From contig NC_067403.1 in NCBI RefSeq assembly GCF_016432865.1, positions 256,804,001 to 256,868,000 on the forward strand: a DNA stretch of 64,000 nucleotides, in the 5' to 3' direction. Made by a program: the position numbers and the translations under genes. The notes beneath the pieces were generated by a model, which was not told where the DNA came from, made no database searches, and was given only the letters and a program-made list of their open reading frames with translations. Each line of letters starts with the position of its first letter. Position 1 is the stretch's first letter. Shown in pieces: positions 36,901 through 48,100 of this stretch. This DNA is from Antechinus flavipes. Taxonomy: Eukaryota.

Positions 36901-38979
36901 AATGGCCGGATCCTGTTCTCTGTGGTCTGGGTCTGGAGTGATCAGCCATTTACAGTCTAAGTGGAGTCCAAACTAATCCAGCAAAGGGTGGTTCTGTCCT
37001 GGGTTTAATTGGAGCCCTTCGGTGTGGAGGCCTGCCCCCACGGCTCTTTCCTGGGATTATTTTGGGGGGAAAGGGGGAAGACTTGAATTTAGCATGTGGA
37101 GTGAAATTTCCTTGAAGAGGCAGGAATTAGAGCTGGCTGCCCAGGCCGCAGCCCTCGCCTGTGCCCTGGAACTTTTTGTTTTAGCCTAGTTGGGTTCCTT
37201 TTTCACCTGTCTTTTAAGCCTTTCACAGCATTCTGAGAAGGGTGGGTGTAAAGCTTCAAAGGCCACACAAAAGATTCCGGACTAGTCCAAGCATATTTTA
37301 CAAAGGAGGGGCCATGGTTCAGAACCAGAAAGGGCCGGACCCCTTATCCCAGGTCCCAGGCCCCTCCTGCCCGGTCCTGCCGGTACAGCAGTTGCAGCCA
37401 GACAGGAGGGGCCGGACTGGACTGGACATGGGCTTCTGTCTGTCCAGAAGATGTGGATGATTGGGCCCCAGATGGGCCACCCTTGGTATGTCCCTGGGGC
37501 TGTTTGCTTCATACGGGGGAAGTGGGGCTCAGTGACCCTGAGTCTGACCTGCCGGGTTACCCCCCCAAGGTTGAATTTCAGTCTGCAAAGCCATTAACAA
37601 GCCAGGGGATACCCCCCAACTCCAGCCATTTCCAGAAAGGCATCACCTACACTGCAGAGGCGGCCGACACCAGGCTCGGGGGCTGCTTTGCCTTGGATCT
37701 TGGGGGGCTGTGCAGTATGCGTGCTGGGGATCCAAGCAATTCAAGAGACTCCTCTGCTCTGACAGTGCATGTCCCGAATTCTCTTTCCCCCTCCCCACTT
37801 CGGATGGCTCGGTTGGCCTTGTTTCAAGGCCCTCGTTGAGGATGCAGAGGTTCTCCCCAGGCACCCCGAGCCTGGGATAGCTTGGCTGAGGGTGGTGCAT
37901 CACCTGGTCCCTGCACACTGCTTCCTATCCTCCCAGCGGGGAATGAGTCTGCCTTTACTCCTCTGCATACAGCAGGTGCTGAATTGAAAGTGCTTTTGCA
38001 GCACTTAGTTTGGAAAGCAATGAGGAGTTTGTCAGGGAGGAGCGTCTCACCACATGGATGTGCTGGGATAAGGGAGGTACTAAGTTAATCTCATCTTGAT
38101 GGAAGCTGCTGTTGGATCTCTGGACCGACCTTCCTAGATGTCTTTGCTGTCTGGGCTGCATCCATTAAGTGCCTACTATGTACAAAGGTCATTTGGTTCT
38201 TCTAGCATCCTCATATGACCCTGGAGAAAACTGAGGGCAGGCTCCCCTGAAAGGGCTTGCCGGGCTGGAGCTCCTGCCCGGGGCTGGCTGAGCAATCCGC
38301 CTCTCTCGGAGCCCGCCTCCTGTGCCAGGGGTTGCCCCTTCACCTTGCGCTTTGGGCTCTTGTGTGGGCACGTCCTGTTTTGTGTCTGGAGAGTTCTCTT
38401 GGGAAGCTGCTTCCAGCAGCGAGGGGACGTTGTGGACGAGCCGAAGGAAGGAAGCCGAGGCTGGCTCTCGCCTGGAAACCGGAGCGGGAGGATGGAGAGC
38501 AGCTGCGGGGCGGGGGGCGGGGTCGCTGGGCCGGGCCGTGTACACCCGTTCTAGCCTGGTTGCAGAAAAATAAAGACGGAACCAGAACTTTCGGTGCCTC
38601 GCACGTTTTCTTGGGAGGGGCCTTTGCTTACCCGTCCCCCATCTCCCATCCCCCATCCCCCATCCCCTCCCGTTTCTCAGGCCGGATCTTTCTCTCTTAG
38701 CTGGGGAGGGGGGCGTCTCCAGATCTTAGTCTACCCCCACATCCCCTTCGGCCTCGCCGCCTCCGCGGGGCGCCTCGGGCTATTTAGTGTGTGCTCTGAG
38801 GCTGGACGGTTACGGTACGAGCCGCCCACGTGCCCCAATTCTGGTCCCCCTTCTCCGTGGTGGGGGTGGGCTCTGGGCTCAGTGAACGGCGGGCCCCCAG
38901 GAAGTCGAGCAGCAAGCCACGGGAGACAGCGGAGCTGCGGGAGGCGGGGGCAGGAGCGAGGAGGGGACCCTTCGGCGCA

Positions 38980-39266
38980 GGCTCCGCTCTCCTCCCACTT
39001 ACCTTTAGCTACGCCTCCGGCGGCTCCGTGCCCAATCGGCTTGGCCCGGCTGCGCACGCTGTGCTCTTACTGGCCCTCAGCGAACGCTTCTTGACATCAC
39101 TGACGTCTGCTTTTCCCTGCCCCCCAGGTGACGGACGTGTTTCGTAACCAACAGGGAGGAGGGTCTGCGTGGAACGCCGGCCTCCCGCTCGGTAGCGTGA
39201 CCAATCGGGCGGCCGGCTGAGCCCCGAGTCTTTTCCCGGAGTCGCCGCTGCAGCCGTCGCCATTTT
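38980..39266 (+). promoter_or_regulatory. RBM4: RBM4 CpG-island promoter
   Basis: CCAAT at 39032 and 39201; CRE-like TGACGTCT at 39101; YY1-like GCCATTTT at 39259. Confidence 0.75.
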
Positions 39267-39315
39267 AGCGTTTTGTCAGAGGCGCGAGGAGGAGGCTGCG
39301 CCGCGTCCCGTGCGG
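39240..39315 (+). other. RBM4: RBM4 non-coding exon 1 (5' end approximate)
   Basis: gccattttagcgttttgtcag leader; donor GCGG|gtgagc at 39316; exon 2 acceptor tgcag| at 39565. Confidence 0.7.
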
Positions 39316-39577
39316 GTGAGCCGCGAGCGCCGTCTCCGAGCCCCGGCCCCAACCCCGCGCCCCGGCCTCGCCCCGAGCGGGCAGCCCGGGCCCCTCCCCA
39401 GAGCCGGCGTGGCGGTCCGCCCCTCCCTTCCCCCACCCGCCCTGCCCCCCTGCTTTGCCCCGGGTGGGTCCCCGGCCCCGCCCCCGCTCCCCCCTCCCCC
39501 CTAGGTCCCCGGCCTTTGTCCCGACTGCCGGGTCCGGGACGCGGTGCCAGCCTGGTATCTTGCAGGCTCCGGTCGAG

Positions 39578-39989
39578 ATGGTGAAGCTGTTCATCGGCAA
39601 CCTGCCCCGCGAGGCGACGGAGCAGGAGATCCGCTCTCTGTTCGAGCAGTACGGGAAGGTGCTCGAGTGCGACATCATCAAGAACTACGGCTTCGTGCAC
39701 ATCGAGGACAAGACGGCGGCCGAGGACGCCATCCGCAACCTGCACCACTACAAGCTGCACGGCGTCAACATCAACGTGGAGGCCAGCAAGAACAAGAGCA
39801 AGGCCTCCACCAAGCTGCACGTGGGCAACATCAGCCCCACGTGCACCAACCTCGAGCTGCGCGCCAAGTTCGAGGAGTACGGGCCCGTGATCGAGTGCGA
39901 CATCGTCAAGGACTACGCCTTCGTGCACATGGAGCGCGCCGAGGACGCCGTGGAGGCCATCCGCGGCCTGGACAACACCGAGTTCCAAG
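39578..39989 (+). CDS. RBM4: RBM4 (LARK) first coding exon: RRM1 and RRM2
   Basis: [41 protein letters not shown]...DNTEFQ; donor CAAG|gtgag; 412 nt. Confidence 0.98.
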
Positions 39990-42576
39990 GTGAGGGGGGC
40001 GGCCTGGCTTTTACAGACTGGGAAACTGAGGCAGGGACTCTGGCCCAGGGGCTTCTGGTCATCTTGTACACTCTGGGTTGGGGCGACTTTCGACCAGTTC
40101 TTGGGGAGCTTTTGACTCTCTTCCCCTTCCCCTTTGGTCTTTATTCCAGGGTCACTGGTTGCCCTGGCTGCTTGTTTTCCTCACACCTGGAGGCCCACTC
40201 CCCTTCCCCAAGGATGATCTGTGCAGTGCCAAGGGCATTGATGGGGCCCTGATGCTGGCCCAGAGGGAGTTTGTTTTCCCTTTTTAATTGGCAAGTTGAG
40301 AATGACTGGGTCAACAACTTAATGAGAAGGCCCTTCTGCTTAACTCCTTCCTGCCTGCTTGGGGGTATGGAGGGCACAGCCCTCCAGCTCCCTGCTTTTC
40401 TCCAAGTTCCTCTTCGCTTTGTTTTCACTGGCACAGTCCAGGTTTCTCCTCTCCTTTGCTGAAGCCTTTCCCAGTGATTGTTAACAGGGATTCCTATTCC
40501 CCAAGTTTCTCAGAAACACCTGTGGTCTTAATATTATTTCCTTATTTTATTTCTTGTATTCCAACTTGTCTTTTAAAATTAGAGGGTGGTTTTTCTGGGG
40601 CTTTGAACTTCTGCTAAAAACCCTTGGTTCAGGGTATTTCAGATTTTTTTAAGTTGCCCCAAGTTTTTTATGCCTTGAAAAACCCTAACTTTGGGGTGAC
40701 TCGCATGAAGGAAAAGGCAGAACTAGGGGCTGTTCTTTTTGCTCCTTTTGGCTTTTGTTTGGTTTGTGCCCAGAGTGGCCCCCAGCCAAAATGCCGAAGG
40801 CTGGTTGGCCCTGGAGGGATCCCAGCTAGAAGACACAGCTAGTTCTTCTGCCTGTTGCTGCTTCTGCCCCCTTTCTCCTGGGACATGCCCTAATCTGTTC
40901 TTTACCTTAACAGATTTCTATTCTTTTTGTTAGATAATCAGCCTTTTATCTGAGCCACCACAGCTCCGCGTTTTCTTGGTTAGTTAGTTTCTCATTGAGT
41001 GTCCCCTTAGGAACCAGCTCTAGGAACCCCTCCCGGCAGCTGAGTGTTCCAGGTTTTGAGGGTCATGTGTGTGCTTGTGGTGGTCACTAGTGAATAGAAA
41101 GCCTTGCTGACCTTGGCTCCCTTGGATTTTTGTGTATTAGAGCACATCTAAGGAAGGATCTGCATTTCCAGAGAAGCCGGTTCTGGTTCTTTCCTGCTCT
41201 AGAACACCTGCTTTCTTCCTCTGATGGTAAAAAGTTCCGTATTTTCTCTTGCTTCACAATTAGACTCTGGTCTGCATTGGTTTTCACAGGCATTCTCCTT
41301 TTCATTTCCAAGTTACAACGTTTTTTAAGGTTTTGTTATTTCTGCAGAAGTGGTATTTAGGTTCTGGGGTTCCTAAGTTTCAGAGAAACAAAGGTCATTA
41401 TAGACAAGTCTCCCCTGAGGTGACTGTCTGGATGGATACTTTATCCCTACTTGTTTTCCAGTTCTTGTTGCCTCCCCCCAGCCCATCTCCATCTCCACTC
41501 TCGCTTTCTCTATTTCCTTTGGGAAATCCTGGTTTTGTGAACATCTTGGTTCTCTTTCTGTCTTTGGCATAACTCCAAACTGTCAGTCCCTAATATCCAA
41601 TGGCAGATTGCTTACAACCTATTGAAGTAATGGACAAAAACTTGGGGAAAGGAAATAAATGCTTTGGTTAGAACTTTTCACAAAAGGTATCTGATACCTG
41701 GCCCCGGGCTCTAGGCTGGAAAAGCATTCTGGGCTCCTGTGGGTCTCGCCTAAAAAATGGTCTCTTAACAATCATTCACTTTTGAAGATGATGGTTCTGT
41801 GCCTTGGGTGTCAGGGGAGTCGACCAGCTGAGGCTCACAGTTACCACCATCCCAACTGGTCTGGAACCCAGGTCTTCTTCCTGGAAGACAATTGCTTTTG
41901 GCCATCTTGAAACGTGCTGCCTCTCGCTGACGGACGTTTTGTGGGCATGCGTAGGCCTTTGAAAGTAGAGGGGGCTCAGCCATGGTCTTTGAAAGGCACT
42001 TCTTTGGGATCGGGGCCACTTACTCTTCTGGGATGAGAGACTCTAGGTCTTTCTAGCTTCCAGAGGGTGTTTTTCCTCAAGGACTTGTCCTTTACAACGG
42101 TCTCTTCCCGTGGAGTGGTAGAGGGTAGGGGCGTTGGCCACTCACTGGCTGTTGTCATTCTGGGGGGCCCCACGCCCCTGTGTTCAGTAAAGGCAGCCCC
42201 TCCTGTGGGGAGCAGAGAGCCGCAGGGTGGGTGCTGACGCTGACTTGCAGAGGGGATGCGGTGACAGGCGGGTCACTCACCAAGGACTTGACGATTCTTT
42301 CTTAGGACAAGATTGGTTTTCCTTTCCTTGATAATGGCTGGTAAACCAGCCTAGTGGAGAGCCTTCTTAGCCAGAAACCCTGATGCTGGAGAGAGACCAG
42401 GCCTCTCAAGTGAGTTCCTTGTGCGGTGCCGTAGACGGTTAAGTGTCTTTCTGATGCTGAGCTTGGCCTGCTTCGGAGATGGCTTCCAGTAGCTCTTGCT
42501 GTGGTGGAGGAGTCTGGGGCCGGGGGCCGGGGCTGGGACCGAGTAACAGCAACCTTCTCGCCTCTGTTTCTTCAAG

Positions 42577-43259
42577 GCAAACGAATGCACGTGCAGCTGT
42601 CCACCAGCCGGCTTCGGACCGCCCCCGGGATGGGAGACCAGAGCGGCTGCTATCGGTGCGGGAAAGAGGGCCACTGGTCCAAAGAGTGTCCGGTGGATCG
42701 GACGGGCCGCATGGCGGACTTGACCGAGCAGTATAACGAGCAGTACGGAGCTGTTCGGGCCCCCTACGCCATGAGCTATGGGGAGTCCGTGTATTACAGC
42801 AACGCATATGGAGCGCTTGACGCCTACTACAAGAGATGTCGAGTCCGGTCTTACGAGGCGGTGGCGGCGGCGGCGGCGGCCTCCGCGTACAACTATGCAG
42901 AGCAGACCCTGTCCCAGCTCCCACAAGTCCAGAACCCAGCCATGACCGGTCACCTCACCTCCGCCTCTGTTGACCCCTACGATAGACACCTATTGCCGAC
43001 CTCAGGAGCTGCCGCCGCCACCGCTGCTGCTGCCGCTGCCGCCGCCGCTGCAGTCACTGCAGCCTCCACTTCCTATTACGGACGGGACCGGAGCCCCCTG
43101 CGCCGCGCTCCCACAGTCCCTACTGTCGGAGAGGGCTACGGTTACGGGCACGAGAACGAGCTGTCCCAGGCCTCGGCGGCCGCGCGGAATTCTCTGTATG
43201 ATGTGGCGCGGTATGAGCGGGAGCAGTACGCGGACCGGGCGCGGTACTCGGCCTTTTAA
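42577..43259 (+). CDS. RBM4: RBM4 second coding exon: CCHC zinc knuckle and Ala-rich C-terminal domain
   Basis: ttcaag|GCAAAC; [14 protein letters not shown]; RDRSPLRR; DRARYSAF*; 412+683 nt = 364 aa. Confidence 0.97.
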
Positions 43260-44748
43260 AGCTCGAGGTGAGAGGGTTGCGTTCCCCCAAGGTTTTGTTC
43301 TTTCTGGCGGCTCAGGGGGCCAGGCTGCCTTGCTGTTTTCTCAGGAATGGGCTGGCTCTGGTGCTGGGGACGGCAGCCATCCATTGCTCGTTCCCCGGTG
43401 CTGTCTCAAGTCCCGGCCCTCATGGCAGATTTCCTAGGCCCTGTTGCTGTTGGCTGGCAGTTAAGAGTTAATCTCTTCAGGCGGTCAAACGAGGGAAGGG
43501 CGGCAGTACCCCTGAGTTCCTGCCTGCACCTCTTGCCACAGGCAAGAGCTGGTCTTTGTTTTGTCATGGGAGCTCCTGGGGGAAGGCCCTGCTGCAGCCG
43601 GACGCTGACCCGAAGTAATGCCATCCTAGGGTCCCATTGGTAATGAGTCCTAGCTAGTGGCGTCCCTGGAGGCTCGGGCAGGCCCCAGAGTACAGGGAGG
43701 GACCCTCGGCTTGGGGCCGTGTCAGTCAGAACAAAGCGCGAGGGGCGAGCTGGCCCAGCCGGTCTGCGGGAGGAGGCCTTCCTTCTCGGCCCCCGGGTAC
43801 GGCACCTCCCTTGTCTGGCTTCATCCTGTTATTCTTTGGCACTCTTGTGACGCTCTCTTGTCCTCTGTGCTGTCTTCTGTGGCTTCTTTTGTCTAATGGC
43901 TCTTTTAGCTGTAATTGTGTATGATTGGAGGGACTCAGGAAGTCAGGGCTTCTGCCTCTGAGGTTCTGGCCCCAGAGCCACTGTCGGGCCTCTTGACTTT
44001 GTCTCCCCCTCCATTCTTGGGGCCCTCGAGCCCCTGTGGCTCACTCCTGCTTCTCTACAGCTTTGGGACCCCCTTCCTCAGAAGCTCTTTGTGGCTTCCC
44101 TTTCTCTCAATGGATTCGTTGTACTTTGGGGAACTGGTCGGTTCCCCTGGACCCCCTGCTGATGGGTGGAGTTGGGCCTCTCGAGGTGGCCTCGGAGGCC
44201 CCCAGCACCCTCTCCAGCCGCTTCCCTGGCAGAGCCGGACGCTCATGAGCCTCGCTGCTTGTCCTTCCCCCCTCAAACTGCCTCCTAGCCTGGATCCCAG
44301 TCTTGACTTACTCTCCAGACACCTGATGGATGCTCCCTCCCTTGCTTGGTGGGGGACCCTGGGGTCTTCCTCTCCTTTGGTAGTGTCAGTATCTTTGGTC
44401 GGTTGTCAGTATCGTCCCACTCCCTTATCAGAGACAGGGCCTGTCCTTGAGATCAGGAAGACCAAGAAAGGAAAAGACCGCAAGGACCAAAGAGCCGCCA
44501 GACCTGGTTCTGTTCCGCTGGCCCTTCAGCAGAGGGCCAGAGACGGAGGTACGAGATTTTTCTGAGCTTCCTGCTGCTTTCTGGTCCGTAGGCCTTGCCT
44601 CTTGGGGGAGGGTGTAGGCTGCCCGCACGGTGTACTGAGAGCGGGCAGGCTTTGGAAGGCTGTCCCAAGAGGGAAGGGAGGAGCTGGATGGTCATGGCCA
44701 CTTTGAGCTTGTCTTTACTGTAAGCCCATGTATTGTGCTTTCTTTCAG

Positions 44749-45160
44749 GTGGGATGTGTGGGGGCTGAAGCCCCGGGCTGCGGTTGTGCATGAGAATTCA
44801 CCCTTCGTGGTCCCCCATCTTCGGGATGTTCTCACGGCTTTGTGCATTGGGTCCCTCAGGAACCACGGACCTTAATTTAACCTTGCTAAGTTGAGACTCT
44901 CCTCCGCCTACCCCTCTGTTCTTCAGTCCCCTCCCCTTCACGTTCTGTTCTCCCTGTAGCCTTGACTATGTCCAGAAACAGTGGCAGGGCTTGTTCTGTC
45001 TCCCCGCTGACCTCCTGCTCTCAGTGGGTGTTGACCACAGTTGCAGGGGGCTCTGGCTCCTTCTTCCCCGATTTGCCCCTAGAGGCTTGCGATGGGTAGA
45101 CGTGTAGAGTTGGTCACCTTTTTTTCCAGTGAAATAAATGTTTTTTCAATTTAGGGTGTG
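44749..45160 (+). other. RBM4: RBM4 non-coding last exon (3' UTR), AATAAA at 45133-45138
   Basis: Donor GAG|gtgag at 43268, 8 nt after the stop; acceptor tctttcag| at 44748; sequence closely resembles the recalled human RBM4 3' UTR. Confidence 0.85.
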
Positions 45161-48100
45161 TCTGTTTTGAGAGAGTCCTTATCTTGGGGGAGGTGGGGGA
45201 GGATTCATTTTGAACCTTTGAGCCCCGCAGCTGCCCTTGGCGAGCATCAGAGGGGAGGTTAAGGCAGAGAGAGTTGGGGAGAAAGAACTTCTCCTTCAGA
45301 TACTAGAAAGCTGGTTTGTGCATCACTTGGCTGGAGTCTTGCCTTGGCCCTCTTGCTGATTAGCCGGCCTGCCCTTTCCTTGGAATATTGACAGGCTCGC
45401 AAAGGTAACATCTGTAGTTACTAAATGCTGCACAGGGGGCTTTTAGTGTCTCGGGACTTCCACAGCGTCCCTGATCTGGAGGCTGGTCCTTTTGTGCGGG
45501 GGTCGGAGGCCATCCTAGGCCTTAGGATGTTTCATCAGACAGCCTCATCATACAAGTTTGCTTGGCTTTGGGCAAAAAATAGGCGTCATCGTGGACAGCT
45601 TTGACCTTGCCACAGTAGGAGGCCGGAGGGGCAGTTCTGCGCGGCCATCTTTCCTGCCCCCAACAGACTCGAGGTCTGCCGTGAGCTTGTAGCCGCTGCC
45701 TCCCCGGGGGAGATGGATCCCCAGGCTTAGCGTTCTGGCGCTTGGCGCGACGCAGATGCCGGGGCCAGAAGATGGGGGCGGGCGTCGGGGCCTTCAGGTG
45801 GCAAGACCGAGAGAGGGCTGGCTTTTCTATTTTTTGTTTTCAAAGAAATGTCGACTATAATTGAATCAAAGGCTAGAAGTCCACTAGTTGGATCAGTGGA
45901 GGAACCCATTTTAGCCGTGTCATTGATTTTCTTGAACCGAAGGACGGTGTCATTGGAAATGTGACTTTCCTTGCCCCCCACCCCCAAAAAGTGCTCCTGA
46001 AATAAGTGGGCTGCTCGGTATTACTGGGTGTAAGTGGCCACTCAGGACTGGGGAAATCGGCCGGAACGGCTTTCTTCTGCATTGGGGGACAGTGCGGCAG
46101 ATCTGGGCTGGCAAGAGTTAGGAAGGCACTCGCTCCTGGTGCTTCCGCCAAGCAGCCCTGCTGGGAGCCGCAGAGGGAATGCTGGTTGGCTCCTGTGGAG
46201 AGGGCCTTTCCTCCCGGGAGATGGAGAGTGAGACCCCCACCCCTACTCCACCATTCTACACCTGGGCGGGGTGGGGCTGTTCTCATGCTGATCCGGGGCT
46301 TCTCCAGCCACTCTCTGGGGCCGAGGCAGCGACAGTGCCGTGGTACAGAATGGCACAAGCACATGGGGCACGATAGGCACGAGCTACTTGGACTCAAGTC
46401 CAAGCCTCTTACCTGGGTGTGATATGGCCTTGCCTCTTAACCTGGCAAGGGGCCCAGCCACTTGGCTCAGCTCCCCGCTCTTGTGAAACCTCCTGGCGTG
46501 TGGAGTGACTCTGGACCGACACCAGGGACTGCGCCCACCTGGAAGTCACTGGGACTGTGGGGAGGGGGAGGGCCCAACTTAAAGGAAGAAGGCAGGCAGG
46601 TGGCAGCGGGGGGAGGGCGTTAGGCCAGAGCTGAGCCCGGAGAAAACATTGTTCTCTTGGGCTCGGAAATCAGAACACGGAGGAGGCGTGGCTTTATAGA
46701 AGTGTTTCTGAAAGTGTATTTTCTGCTGGATGCCATTTGGTCATGGCTGGCGTGTCTGGCCCTGCGACCCCACTGGGGGATTCTCTTGGCAGAGATCCTG
46801 GAGCGGTCGGCCATTACCTTCTCTGGCTCATCTGACAGATGAGGAAACTGAGGCAGACAGAGAGAAGTGACTTGTCCAGGGTGTTCTTGACTCCGGGCCA
46901 GTACCACCCAGCTGCCCCCGGGAGGTGATCCACCATGTCTGCAGTGGTGTTGTGATGGATTTTGTCAGACATTTCCCAGTCCCCGTTTCCTCTGGCCCAG
47001 GCTGCTCTTGGAGCCTGGCCCGGCTGGATGCCCAGACCGCAGAGTCCAGGAATCAGGAGTCGGATTCGCCGAGAGAATTGGATCCACTCAGGGATGTGGG
47101 GAGGACTGGCCCCGGGTAGAGCGGGCGGCGCCCTCAGACACTGGTGCTTCACCGTTAACAAGGTGTTTGTCAGAGGCCTTCCCTTCCGTCCTCCCTACTG
47201 TGCGCCAAGCTCTGGAGCTCAGATTACAAAAGCAAAGGCAGCCCCTGCCCCCAACACGGTCGCAGACTAGTGGGAGAGCCAACCCAGGCCCGGAAAGCAA
47301 GGAGAGATTGCCAGACTCCTCCCCCTGTAGCTTTGGCAAGTGGAGAGTGGGGGGAGGGAAGCTGGGGGCTGGGGCCCCTCTGCAAGTGGGCCAGGTGAGG
47401 TGCCAGCCTGGGCGGAAGCTGGGCCTCTGGAGGTCGGGTTTGGAGATGAGAAGGTAGAGTCTTCCAGGCCTGGTCTCGTGGGGTCCAGAAGGCGCTGGGG
47501 CTTTGAGACACAGGAAGGCCGGTGTCTGGGGAGCCGAGGTCTCAGATCCCGGCTTCAGAGCTGCCAGGGCCCTTAGGCTTGACCTTGTTTTACTCCTGGG
47601 GCATTGGCTGCCCAGAGATGGCCACACAGTGGGGGGGCCGCAGGGAGGCTCGGCCTTTGGCTCGTGGGAGCCAGCTGGAGAAGCAGGTCGTGAGACCTCT
47701 GTGACCCGTGAGGGGGGCCCGAATCAGGGCTCCGTCAGGCCGGACCAGTGCCAAAGGCCCCTCTGTCCCCCAGGCTCCAAGCTGCTTTTCTGCTACGTGG
47801 CCACGGGGAGCCGTGGGGCTTTGCCGTGTTAGGGAAGACAGACAAGGTGAGCTCCATTACCTCTGTCTTGTTGCCTCCCTGCCGGCAGGCGGGCGTCCTC
47901 GGGTTAACCCGCTCCTCCCGTGGCCCCGGCCCCTATTCCTCTTTGGTTACCTCTGGCCCCCTCCCCTCTGCCCTTGTAGAGGGAGTGGGTCTGAGCCTGG
48001 CCGGAGGTGCCGATGGTGGTGGGCAGCCTCAAGTAGCAGCCTTGAACTTGGTTGCGCAGCCCGAGCCCTGTGGCCCTCGAGCTTCGCCACAGCCGAGTTA

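Noticed and set aside
39077-39988. 303-aa minus-strand ORF over RBM4 exon 2
   Set aside because: Direct consequence of about 99% GC3 on the sense strand.
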